DNA of 64,000 nucleotides, taken from positions 32,001 to 96,000 of the forward strand of contig CAXXFL010000003.1 in the NCBI GenBank assembly GCA_963674965.2. Direction: 5' to 3'. The first letter of the stretch is position 1, and the number at the start of each line of letters is the position of its first letter. This document shows, in pieces, positions 10,467-20,915 of this stretch. The translations under genes and the position numbers were made by a program. Source of the stretch: a bacterium. Lineage in GTDB: Bacteria > RBG-13-61-14 > DATKZS01. The notes under the pieces were generated by a model, which had not been told where the DNA came from, made no database searches, and saw only the letters and a list, made by a program, of their open reading frames with translations.

Positions 10467-12020
10467 TTAAAACTCGATATTGCGGGCCGCGGGGACCTGA
10501 GACCCCTCCTCCTCCGGCGTGGCCCTTCGAGCCCGGCCGGCGGCCCATTTACGAAGACCGTCTATCTCCTCCTCCATGGTGCGAGAAAGAGGGACCGTCT
10601 CGAGCACGGCCTCCAAGAGGTGGCCCTGCGAAAGGGGCTCGCCCCGCTCGTAGGAGGCGTACATGCCCGAGACCACCACCTCCTCGATCTCGGCCCCCGA
10701 GAACCCCCGAGTCCTCTCGCTCAGGGACTTGACGTCGTAAGCGGCGGGGTCCATGCCCCGCCGGACAAGGTGAATGCGGAATATCTCCGAGCGCTCGATC
10801 GCCTGGGGAAGGTCAACGAAAAATATCTCGTCAAATCGGCCCTTCCTTAAAAACTCCGCCGGAAGCTCGGAGATGTCGTTGGCCGTGGCCATCACGAACA
10901 CCGGCGCCGTCTTCTCCTGAAGCCAGGTGATAAAACCGCCGAACACCCTAGCCGCCGTGCCCCCGTCGGAGGAGCCCGAGCTCCTGGTGCCGGCGAAGGC
11001 CTTCTCCACCTCGTCCACCCACATGATGGCGGGCGCCACCTGCTCGGCCACCTCGATGGCCCTCCGCAGGTTGTCCTCCGAGCTGCCGACCAGGCTCGAG
11101 AAAACGCGGCCCACGTCCAGCCTTAACAGAGGCATCTGCCACCTGCCCGCCAGGGCCTTGGCCGCCAGGCTCTTGCCGCATCCCTGCACGCCGATAAGCA
11201 GCACGCCCTTCGGATATGGAAGCCCCAGCTTTCTCGCGCCCTCGTCGAAACCCAGGCGCCGCCGGTCCATCCATTCCTTCAGGGTGCGAAGGCCGCCCAC
11301 GTCCGACAGGCCGAAATTGGAGTCGTAATACTCGAGGGCGCCCGAGCGCTTGATGAGTTTTTCCTTTTCCCGGATCACCTTCTTCACGTCCTCAGTGGTG
11401 AGTCTTCCCCCCTCGACCAGGATTTTGGAAAGAACGTTCTCGGCCTCGTCCCTGGTGAGTCCCATGGCCGCCGAGGTCAGACGCTCCCTGACCCGGGCCT
11501 CGACTTTTATGTTGAGGTCGGTCCTCGAGTTGACCTCCCTGGCCGTGCGGTCGATCAACTCGCCCAGCTCCTCCCGCTCGGGAAGACCGAACTCGACCGC
11601 GGTCATTTCCTTCTCCAGCTCGACCGGGGTCTCCAGGCGGGGCGACACCAGCACCAGGCTTTTATAAGAAGTCTTTAAATAGGACCCAACCTCCCTGAGA
11701 CGCCGGGCCACGACGGGATTGCCCAGGAAGGGGTGGAAGTCGAGCAGGACGAAGATGGCCGGCTCCATGAACTTCACCACGTGGTCGAGAGCGGCCAGCG
11801 GGTCCTGGGTCGAGTTGTCGCGGGCGTTTTTCGATTCCATGGCCGTTCCCGGCGCGTGGAAACCCATGCTCGAGGACCACAGAAGAAGGCGCTTTTCCCT
11901 GGACTTGGCTATCTGGTTCAGGACCTCGATCACCCTCGTTTCCTCGTGGCTGATGACGGCTATGAGAGGGTACCTGGCCCTGATCAGGACCTCCAGTTCA
12001 CGCGCCGCGTTTTTGGACAT
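10467..12020 (-). CDS. Ycf46-type AAA+ ATPase (inactive N-terminal AAA-like domain plus active AAA domain)
   Basis: [23 protein letters not shown], Walker A GVQGCGKS, Walker [30 protein letters not shown]. Confidence 0.9.
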   Translation of the reverse strand: MSKNAARELEVLIRARYPLIAVISHEETRVIEVLNQIAKSREKRLLLWSSSMGFHAPGTAMESKNARDNSTQDPLAALDHVVKFMEPAIFVLLDFHPFLGNPVVARRLREVGSYLKTSYKSLVLVSPRLETPVELEKEMTAVEFGLPEREELGELIDRTAREVNSRTDLNIKVEARVRERLTSAAMGLTRDEAENVLSKILVEGGRLTTEDVKKVIREKEKLIKRSGALEYYDSNFGLSDVGGLRTLKEWMDRRRLGFDEGARKLGLPYPKGVLLIGVQGCGKSLAAKALAGRWQMPLLRLDVGRVFSSLVGSSEDNLRRAIEVAEQVAPAIMWVDEVEKAFAGTRSSGSSDGGTAARVFGGFITWLQEKTAPVFVMATANDISELPAEFLRKGRFDEIFFVDLPQAIERSEIFRIHLVRRGMDPAAYDVKSLSERTRGFSGAEIEEVVVSGMYASYERGEPLSQGHLLEAVLETVPLSRTMEEEIDGLRKWAAGRARRATPEEEGSQVPAARNIEF

Positions 12021-13080
12021 CTTCCATCCCCCTTATCTCCTCGAACATCTGAAGCAAACCCGGCGTCAGGTGTGGAATAATCACCCTGCCCGCCTCGTCG
12101 ATTATGAGTTCCCCCGTTTCTCCCAGCCAGGCCCTTATCGAGTCGGAGGCCATTCCTCTTTCCTTTATCGTCTCGTTCTTCTGGTAGGGCGCCTCGAGGT
12201 CCAGTCCCGCGTCCCGGGCGGCCTCGACCAGTTTCTTCACGTCCAGCGGGTCCCGCCTTTGCCTGAGTTCCCTGCAATAGGAAGTCCGGGACTTAGGCGG
12301 CGGGACATAGTTGTCGAGAATATGGAACCTGAGATAGGGAAAGCGCTCGGCCATCAGCCTCACCGCGGGAAAGCCGCAGCATTTGAGGTGCCCCGGCAGT
12401 AAAAGGTGCCTCACTATCACCCTCAGCCCGGCGTCCACGGCGCGCTCGATATTTCGAGTCACCGTTTCCATGTAATTCTTTACCCCGCTTATCCAGCCCG
12501 CGCAGTCGTCGTTGCCGAAGTGAACGTCCGCCACTACCACGTCGGCGGCGTCGGCCGCGGCGTCGGCCACGAACGATCCATAGTACATATTGGAGTTCCA
12601 CACCCGGGGCCGGACGTTTATCGCGCCGAAAAGGGCAAGGGCGGCGGGAAGGTTCGTCGCCGGCTCGCCGCCCACGGCGCAAAGGCTCCTGGCGGCGGAA
12701 AGGCCCGGGTCGAGAAAAAGAGGATGCCCCTCGAGCGGACGGGATTGGTCCTTGCGATTTTCCTTGCCCGAGTTCCTGGAGCAAACTTTATCGGCCAGGT
12801 AACAGAAGCGACAGGAGAGGTTACAACCGGTGAAGAAGACCTCGTAGGCCGGGTTAAGGGCGCGCTCCTCGTTCAAGAGCAACCCGGCGTAAAACACTTC
12901 GCCAAAGGCGGAGGCCCCGCATTTTCCAACGGCCCCGGCCAGACGATTCACGCCGCATTCCCATGGACAGAGGCGACAATTTTCGAGTTCCTTTAAAGAG
13001 GAGAGAACCAGCGACCTTATCCTCGAGTCCTCGACGTGTTCCAAGAGCCCATGACCCTGAAAAGCTCGCGCCGCTCTCAT
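11998..13080 (-). CDS. PflX-like radical SAM protein
   Basis: CRLCPWECGVNR..G..GKCG, CNLSCRFC, GGEP, VWNSNMY, VRHLLLPGH..CC; RBS AAGGAG before ATG 13080. Confidence 0.85.
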   Translation of the reverse strand: MRAARAFQGHGLLEHVEDSRIRSLVLSSLKELENCRLCPWECGVNRLAGAVGKCGASAFGEVFYAGLLLNEERALNPAYEVFFTGCNLSCRFCYLADKVCSRNSGKENRKDQSRPLEGHPLFLDPGLSAARSLCAVGGEPATNLPAALALFGAINVRPRVWNSNMYYGSFVADAAADAADVVVADVHFGNDDCAGWISGVKNYMETVTRNIERAVDAGLRVIVRHLLLPGHLKCCGFPAVRLMAERFPYLRFHILDNYVPPPKSRTSYCRELRQRRDPLDVKKLVEAARDAGLDLEAPYQKNETIKERGMASDSIRAWLGETGELIIDEAGRVIIPHLTPGLLQMFEEIRGMEDVQKRGA

Positions 13081-13212
13081 GTTTATCTCCTTTCCGTCAG
13101 TTCCCCCCTCGTGACATTCTCCCTCCATCCATTCAGTTTGATGATTCCCGATTCCGCGGGGATTCAAGATTTCATCCCCATATGGCTCGACTTCAAACAT
13201 AACGTTCATAAA

Positions 13213-13238
13213 AACGAAGGAAAAGAAATAAAGTTTCA
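13213..13238 (-). promoter_or_regulatory. Putative ECF sigma promoter of the radical SAM/AAA operon
   Basis: TGAAAC-N16-CGTT on the minus strand, 133 nt before the first ATG and just after the upstream terminator. Confidence 0.55.
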
Positions 13239-13254
13239 TTCGCTGGAGCGGAAT

Positions 13255-13288
13255 AAAAAAAAAGCCTTCACGGGATTCATGAAGGCTT
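13255..13288 (-). terminator. Intrinsic terminator of the ftsY-lipoprotein unit
   Basis: AAGCCTTCA-tgaatcccg-TGAAGGCTT followed by a long T run on the minus strand. Confidence 0.8.
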
Positions 13289-13322
13289 GTTTCTAATAAT
13301 GGAAAAGTTACTTTCCGGCCGG

Positions 13323-14549
13323 TCAAGGGCCGGGGGGGACCGCGATATCAAGGACCGATCTTCTGGTGGAGGTTTGGCCGTCGCTCGAGATTATCTCGAT
13401 ATCTATGACAAGTTCTCCCGGCGCCGTGCCCCCGTAAAAAGCCGCGTTAAAAAGCGTCCCCTGGAAGGCGTCGTCAAAAAAAAGCGCGGTGCTCCCGTTG
13501 CTGACGAAAGTGACGCCCGGCGACGGGGCGCTCTCGATGGTAATGGTCACGTCGGCCAGTTCTCCTTCCGGGTCCCTGAAGGAGTACTGAAGAGGGTTGG
13601 GAATGGTCAAATAATAAACCGTGGCCCCGAAAGGGCCCTCGATTACCGGCGCCGTGTTCTTGGTCCAGTTGACGCCCGCGGGCGCGAGAGATGTGACAAG
13701 GTCCGGATTCTCCACGTGGAGGGCGAAGCGGCCCGAGGCGACCTCAACCAGGTAAACCGACTGGTCGGTACCTTTCACCCAGGCCTGCCCCAGGCTTTTA
13801 TCTCTGGCCCGACAAAAATCGAGCGGGCCGGGAGAAGACACCAGTCGTATTTCAGACCCGTCTTCGCGCAGGAAAAGCCCGCGGGTCCCGGCCACGAGAA
13901 GGTCGCCGTTGTCGAAAACCTGCACGTCCATGGCGCCCGGTCCGAAGTCGGCGATTTCCTCGGCCGCGCCGTCCTCCCCATACAAGGGTTTGGCCATAAG
14001 CTTTCCGCAGCCGTAAAGTATCCAGGCGCTTGTCCCTCCCGGGGCGATGTCGAAGGCGACCGGCCTCGAGCACCCCTCGACGGGCGAATCCAGGTCGCCG
14101 GTCAAGTCCAGCTCGGAGGTGAACAGCACGTCGGCCTCCTCGATAAGGTTCACGCCGGTGGTGGTGTCCCCGCCGAGCGCGTATAACTTGCCGTCCGCCC
14201 ATCCAAGGCGAAGGTCGATGAGGGAACCCGACTTTATTTCGTCCAGCCTCGTCTTGGGATACATCATCCCGTCCTCGAGGTTGAGTTCCAAGACCTCGTA
14301 ATCCTCGGTCACCACGTAGGCCGCCAGCGCGTCCCGCTTAAGAAGGAAATGTATGAACTTGAGGTCCAGATCGACCTCCTCGGCGAACTCGAGCCTGGTC
14401 CTCGATCCATAGGCGTCGGTCTCGAAAATTCTTCCGCCGGCCACCAGGTAATAGACCCTTTGGGCGAATTTGTATTCCGAGTCCGTTTCCACGCACGCGA
14501 CGGCCGCCGCGAGGAGAGCGAAAAGAAATATCAAGCGCGAGGTTTTCAT
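13323..14549 (-). CDS. Hypothetical lipoprotein, probably beta-propeller plus Ig-like C-terminus
   Basis: MKTSRLIFLFALLAAAVAC lipobox; beta-rich repeats; NTAPVI..P linker; RBS GGAGG. Confidence 0.7.
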   Translation of the reverse strand: MKTSRLIFLFALLAAAVACVETDSEYKFAQRVYYLVAGGRIFETDAYGSRTRLEFAEEVDLDLKFIHFLLKRDALAAYVVTEDYEVLELNLEDGMMYPKTRLDEIKSGSLIDLRLGWADGKLYALGGDTTTGVNLIEEADVLFTSELDLTGDLDSPVEGCSRPVAFDIAPGGTSAWILYGCGKLMAKPLYGEDGAAEEIADFGPGAMDVQVFDNGDLLVAGTRGLFLREDGSEIRLVSSPGPLDFCRARDKSLGQAWVKGTDQSVYLVEVASGRFALHVENPDLVTSLAPAGVNWTKNTAPVIEGPFGATVYYLTIPNPLQYSFRDPEGELADVTITIESAPSPGVTFVSNGSTALFFDDAFQGTLFNAAFYGGTAPGELVIDIEIISSDGQTSTRRSVLDIAVPPGP

Positions 14550-14611
14550 GTCCCGCCTCCGATTTAGTTTGGGCCCGTGCCGTGATCGATCGTCAAAAGA
14601 TATGGCCTCCC

Positions 14612-16048
14612 TCAGAACAGCGCGCTTACGAACTCATCGGCCTTGAAGGGCTGGAGGTCGTATATCTTTTCACCCACTCCTATGAACCTTATCGGTATGT
14701 TGAACTCGTCGGACACGGCCACGATGATCCCTCCCTTGGCCGTGCCGTCGAGCTTGGTCATTATCAGTCCGTTTATTTCAAGCGCCTCGTTGAAGCTCTT
14801 GGCCTGCTGGAGCGCGTTCTGGCCGGTGGTCGCGTCGAGCACGAGGATGGTCTCGTGCGGCGCGCCCGGGGCCTCGCGGGCGGTAATCCTTTTGACCTTT
14901 TTAAGTTCCTCCATCAGGTTGACCTTGGTATGGAGCCTGCCCGCCGTGTCGATTATGACCACGTCGGTCCCTCTCGCCTGGGCCGCGTGGACGGCGTCGT
15001 AGGCCACGGCCGCCGGGTCGGCCCCTTCCTGGTGCTTGATTATGTGGGCCCCCGAGCGCTTGGCCCATATCTCGAGCTGCTCGATGGCCGCGGCCCTGAA
15101 GGTGTCGGCCGCCCCGATCAGCACGCTTTTTCCTTCTTTTTTGAACCTCATGGCCAGCTTGCCGATGGTCGTGGTCTTGCCCGTTCCGTTAACTCCCGTG
15201 ACCATGATCACGAAGGGCCCCTCGATGTCGTCGGGCACGGTCAGGGGCGCCTCCACTTTCTTTAAAATACCCTCGATCTCGTCCCGGAGCCATTCTCTCA
15301 GCCGGTCTCCATTTTCCATGGCCCCCCTTTCGACTTCCTCCTCCATTTTTTCCAGGAGCTTCATGCAGGTCTTGACGCCCAGGTCGGAGGTCATGAGGAC
15401 CTCCTCGAGTTCCTCCATGGTGTCCTCGTCGACCTTGGCCCCGCTCAGAATGCTTGACAGGCGCTTGGTGAATTTCTCCTGGGTCTTGGACAGGCCGCTC
15501 CTCAGTCTCGATATCCAGCCCTCGGGAGGAACGAGTTCTATCTCCTCTTCCTCCTCCTCGACCTCCTCTTCTTCCTCGAGAGGCGCGGCCTCGGCCGTTG
15601 GCGCGGGGACGGGTACCGGCTCGGGCGGGACTGCCTCCTCAGGTTCCGGTTCAGGCGTGCACGTTTCAGGCGCGGGCCGCTCGGTGGCCTCCGCCTTGGC
15701 CGACGGCTCGGGAACCATGGGTTCCTCGGGTGGAGGCGGCTCCGGGACCGTCCGCTCCTTTTCTTCTTCCTCGAGCCTGGGCTCGGGAGGAGGAGGCGCC
15801 TTTTCCGGTTTGGCCGCGGCTTCCCCGGCGGTCTCTTCATCCTCGGCCGGCCCCCGCGCCTTCGTCTCGGACGCGGCCGCGGCTTCCTCCTCCATTTCCT
15901 CGGGGGGAGCGGTAAACACGAGTATCAGATAAAGGACCGCGACGAGTAAGCCCAGTCCGCTCGCTATCCACGCGTAATTGGGCACGTCCAGGTAGGGCGC
16001 GCTCCACAGCCAGGATTCCAGTCCGGCCATCATGGTTTGCCAGTCCAA
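14612..16048 (-). CDS. ftsY: Signal recognition particle receptor FtsY with N-terminal TM helix and acidic Pro-rich linker
   Basis: [46 protein letters not shown] start with RBS GGAGG. Confidence 0.95.
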   Translation of the reverse strand: MDWQTMMAGLESWLWSAPYLDVPNYAWIASGLGLLVAVLYLILVFTAPPEEMEEEAAAASETKARGPAEDEETAGEAAAKPEKAPPPPEPRLEEEEKERTVPEPPPPEEPMVPEPSAKAEATERPAPETCTPEPEPEEAVPPEPVPVPAPTAEAAPLEEEEEVEEEEEEIELVPPEGWISRLRSGLSKTQEKFTKRLSSILSGAKVDEDTMEELEEVLMTSDLGVKTCMKLLEKMEEEVERGAMENGDRLREWLRDEIEGILKKVEAPLTVPDDIEGPFVIMVTGVNGTGKTTTIGKLAMRFKKEGKSVLIGAADTFRAAAIEQLEIWAKRSGAHIIKHQEGADPAAVAYDAVHAAQARGTDVVIIDTAGRLHTKVNLMEELKKVKRITAREAPGAPHETILVLDATTGQNALQQAKSFNEALEINGLIMTKLDGTAKGGIIVAVSDEFNIPIRFIGVGEKIYDLQPFKADEFVSALF

Positions 16049-16151
16049 ACTACTACCTCCAAACCCTCGGGTAACTCCGAATTATCGACGGTTCAATGAT
16101 ATATTTCAAACATGCCCGAATCAAGGAGGCCGGACCGCCGAGGCCGGCCGC

Positions 16152-16181
16152 AAAAACGGCGCGGTCCTTTTAGCCGCGCCG
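16152..16181 (-). terminator. Intrinsic terminator downstream of rpoD
   Basis: CGGCGCGG-ctaaaagga-CCGCGCCG then TTTTT on the minus strand. Confidence 0.75.
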
Positions 16182-16204
16182 GTTAATGGCATGATAACTT
16201 ATTT

Positions 16205-18052
<1,848 letters not shown>

Positions 18053-18090
18053 TTCGCTTCCCTCCGCAACCTATATGCCACGGTTAATAA

Positions 18091-19899
18091 TTACTTGAAC
18101 TCCCCACTGAATCCATTGGCGGACCGCTCGGCCTCGAGTTCTTTATACCGCCCGGCCAGTTCCCGCCAAAGTATCTCGTTACCCTCTTTCGAGGCCCGTT
18201 CCATTTCCCGCTTGATCTTTTTTATGTTCTCCGTGAGGCTCTCGTGGAGTATCATGCCGATGGAGTCGTTGAGGGCCTTTTCCGGGGCGTTTTCGTAGGG
18301 ATCACTTTCAAGGATAGCACCGGAAAGGCGTTGTACAAGGCCCCGGTCGGAAATTTTTTCCAAATGTTCCACCGGGTCGGCCTCTCCCCCTCCGGCCGAA
18401 TCCTCGAAAATGGACTTCACGAAAGCTTTCAGACCCTCGTTGGCCATATGCTCGATTACTCCCGACTCCTTTACCGCAATGGCCAGGTTTGGATGATGCA
18501 TCAGATTTATTGCCAACTCGAACTCCGCCGGGGGATATGCCCCGCTTCCTCCGATCCCGCCGACTTCCTTTGAATCTTCATCTTCCAGGGCGGTCCTTGG
18601 CTCGGGACGGCGTACTCTTTTTTGCAACGCCCTGGCGTCAACCCCCGATTTCCTGGCCAGTGAGTCCACGTATATGCCGCGCTCGATCCTGTCCTGTACT
18701 TTTCCTATCATTTCCGCGGCCATCCTTACGGCCTCGGCCTCGTCGGACTTGACTCCCGCCGCCTTGCCAAGGACGTCCTCGATATAGTAATCCAGGAGGC
18801 CGGGAGAGGCGTCAAGCAGCCTCTCGAAGTCGCGGGCGTCGTGGTTCTCGAGGTAGTCGGCCGGGTCCTTGCCCTCGGGAATCAGGACCATGCGGGGACT
18901 GAGGCCGGCCTCGAGCAGGATCGGAAGAGAGCGGGCGCTGGCCTTTTTGCCCGCCTCGTCCGAGTCGAAAACCATGAACACGTTGCGCGTAAGACGCCTG
19001 AGCGCCCTGGCGTGTTCCTCGGTCATGGCCGTTCCCAGGGTGGCCGCGGCGCATCCCACGCCCGCCTGGTCCAGGGCTATCTGATCGAAATATCCTTCCA
19101 CCACTATTACCCGGTTCTTTTTCCTTATTCCGGCCTTGGACTGATAAACGCCGAAAAAACCGGAACCTTTCTTATATATCTCGGTCTCCGGACCGTTAAG
19201 GTATTTGGGCTGGTCCTTCTCGTCCGTAACGAGCCTTCCCCCAAAGGACCTGACGCCGGCCTGGGCGTCCATTATGGGAAACATGATCCTGCCTCGGAAC
19301 CTGTCGTAGGGCTTTCCCGAGTCGCCAATAATCACGAGGCCGGCCGACCTCATGGAATCGATCGTGGCCCCTTTCCGAGCCAGATAGTCCAGGTTGGCCG
19401 ACCATCCGGGCAGGGAGTATCCCAGTTTGAACCTGGCTATAGTCTCGTCGCCGATCTTTCTTTTCCGGAGGTATTGCCTGGCCGCCTCGGCCTCCCGGCT
19501 TTCCAGAAGGTTCCGATGAAAGAAATCCGCCGCCGCCAGGTTGACCTCGAACAATGTCCTTTTATCGGCCTCGGCCTTTTTTTCCTCCTCCGAAAGCTCT
19601 CTTTTGGGAAGCTCGACCCCGGCCCGGGAAGCGAGGCGCTCGAGGGCCTCGGGGAAACTCATGCCCTCCACTTTCATTAAAAAGGAGAAAACGTCGCCGT
19701 ACTCTCCGCACCCGAAACACTTGAAAAATCCCCTCTCTTCGTGGATTTTAAAGGAGGGCGTCTTCTCCTTGTGGAAGGGACAAAGTCCCTTGTAATATTG
19801 GCCGTCCTTTTGAAGGCGAACATAATCCTCCACCAGGTCCTTGATACTGACCCGGTCTTTTATATCTCTTTTTACGCTCTCGGGTATAACGTTGGCCAT
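18091..19899 (-). CDS. dnaG: DNA primase
   Basis: CPFHKEKTPSF...CFGC zinc finger, DRFRGRIMFPI, PKYLNGPET, VEGYFD, FDSDEAG TOPRIM. Confidence 0.97.
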   Translation of the reverse strand: MANVIPESVKRDIKDRVSIKDLVEDYVRLQKDGQYYKGLCPFHKEKTPSFKIHEERGFFKCFGCGEYGDVFSFLMKVEGMSFPEALERLASRAGVELPKRELSEEEKKAEADKRTLFEVNLAAADFFHRNLLESREAEAARQYLRKRKIGDETIARFKLGYSLPGWSANLDYLARKGATIDSMRSAGLVIIGDSGKPYDRFRGRIMFPIMDAQAGVRSFGGRLVTDEKDQPKYLNGPETEIYKKGSGFFGVYQSKAGIRKKNRVIVVEGYFDQIALDQAGVGCAAATLGTAMTEEHARALRRLTRNVFMVFDSDEAGKKASARSLPILLEAGLSPRMVLIPEGKDPADYLENHDARDFERLLDASPGLLDYYIEDVLGKAAGVKSDEAEAVRMAAEMIGKVQDRIERGIYVDSLARKSGVDARALQKRVRRPEPRTALEDEDSKEVGGIGGSGAYPPAEFELAINLMHHPNLAIAVKESGVIEHMANEGLKAFVKSIFEDSAGGGEADPVEHLEKISDRGLVQRLSGAILESDPYENAPEKALNDSIGMILHESLTENIKKIKREMERASKEGNEILWRELAGRYKELEAERSANGFSGEFK

Positions 19900-20325
19900 G
19901 CCCGCCTTCGAAAAGCCCGCGCGATGATGAAGTCATAACGATAGAGGTCTTTCCCGATCGAAATGGAAAGACAAGGCGGCGGTCTATCAGGGATGAAAAA
20001 CTTTCCCTCGAGGCGCCTCACTTTTTCGCGCGACTACTATCTGTGCCGATCAAACAACCGGTCCCCGGATGTTCCCCCAAAAAAAGAGCGCAACTCGATT
20101 ATAACGCCAATGGCGGCGCTAAAATCGAAAGCGCTAAATTTATTGAATAGTTACGGATCATTACCTCATCCACCAACCCGGGGGAATCCCCGCCGGGCCA
20201 GTTTAATATGATCCCAAAGGCAAAAGACGCGATATATTAATCCTCGGGTCCAGCCTTTTTCCGGGCCGTTTCATCATGAGATTAAGCCCGGGTCCCGGTT
20301 ATTCAATTCCGGAGTGTCAAGTCAA

Positions 20326-20364
20326 AGCCGCCACTTGGGCCGTTTCCGGCCCCAAATGGCGGCT
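20326..20364 (-). terminator. Hairpin/terminator between rpsU and dnaG
   Basis: AGCCGCCA(c/t)TTGGG...CCCAA(a/g)TGGCGGCT long stem about 40 nt after the rpsU stop. Confidence 0.65.
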
Positions 20365-20406
20365 GTTTTTTCGTATGGAATCAAAATTGAAACCATTTTC
20401 GGCCTT

Positions 20407-20619
20407 TTACCGACCATTCATGAAACGCTGTTGTTTGCGGAGCTTCTTCATGAGCCTTTTGCGAGCCGCGAGTGCTTTCTTTTTCTTCTTGATGGAGGGT
20501 TTTTCGTAATGTTCCCGCTTGCGAATTTCGGAAAGAATTCCGGCTTTTTCGCACTGCTTTTTAAACCTTCTTAGGGCGCTCTCAAATGATTCGTTGTCCT
20601 TTACTACTACGCCCGGCAT
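20407..20619 (-). CDS. rpsU: 30S ribosomal protein S21
   Basis: [42 protein letters not shown]. Confidence 0.97.
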   Translation of the reverse strand: MPGVVVKDNESFESALRRFKKQCEKAGILSEIRKREHYEKPSIKKKKKALAARKRLMKKLRKQQRFMNGR

Positions 20620-20728
20620 TAAATATTCACCCCCCTTCAAACGCGAAAAAAGAAACTTCAAACCCAAGTTCGAGTTTCTCCCAGGAACTACATATCCCTG
20701 AAAATTTTTATTTTTTTGTTAAAAGACT

Positions 20729-20756
20729 AGTATAGACAATTTTACCGCCATGTCAA
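20729..20756 (-). promoter_or_regulatory. sigma70 promoter of rpsU
   Basis: TTGACA-N16-TATACT on the minus strand. Confidence 0.75.
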
Positions 20757-20915
20757 GCAAAAAGGGAAAACGCGCATAAATCACTGGGCTTTAACCGGCG
20801 CGATCACGCGACGGCGCGGTTGAATCCGGTTTTTCGATTCGATATACTCTCTGAAATTGGGTTGGATTTTCTTTACATGGGAGCTGGACCCTGCAAGGTC
20901 CCCCTTTTCGAATTG

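Noticed and set aside
13081-13326. N-terminal extension of the radical SAM ORF to 13326
   Set aside because: It crosses a terminator and promoter; a strong RBS supports ATG 13080.
15540-15900. Repetitive TCCTCC/GAG-rich tracts in ftsY, rpoD and the RDD gene
   Set aside because: Low-complexity acidic linkers, not DNA repeat arrays or CRISPR.
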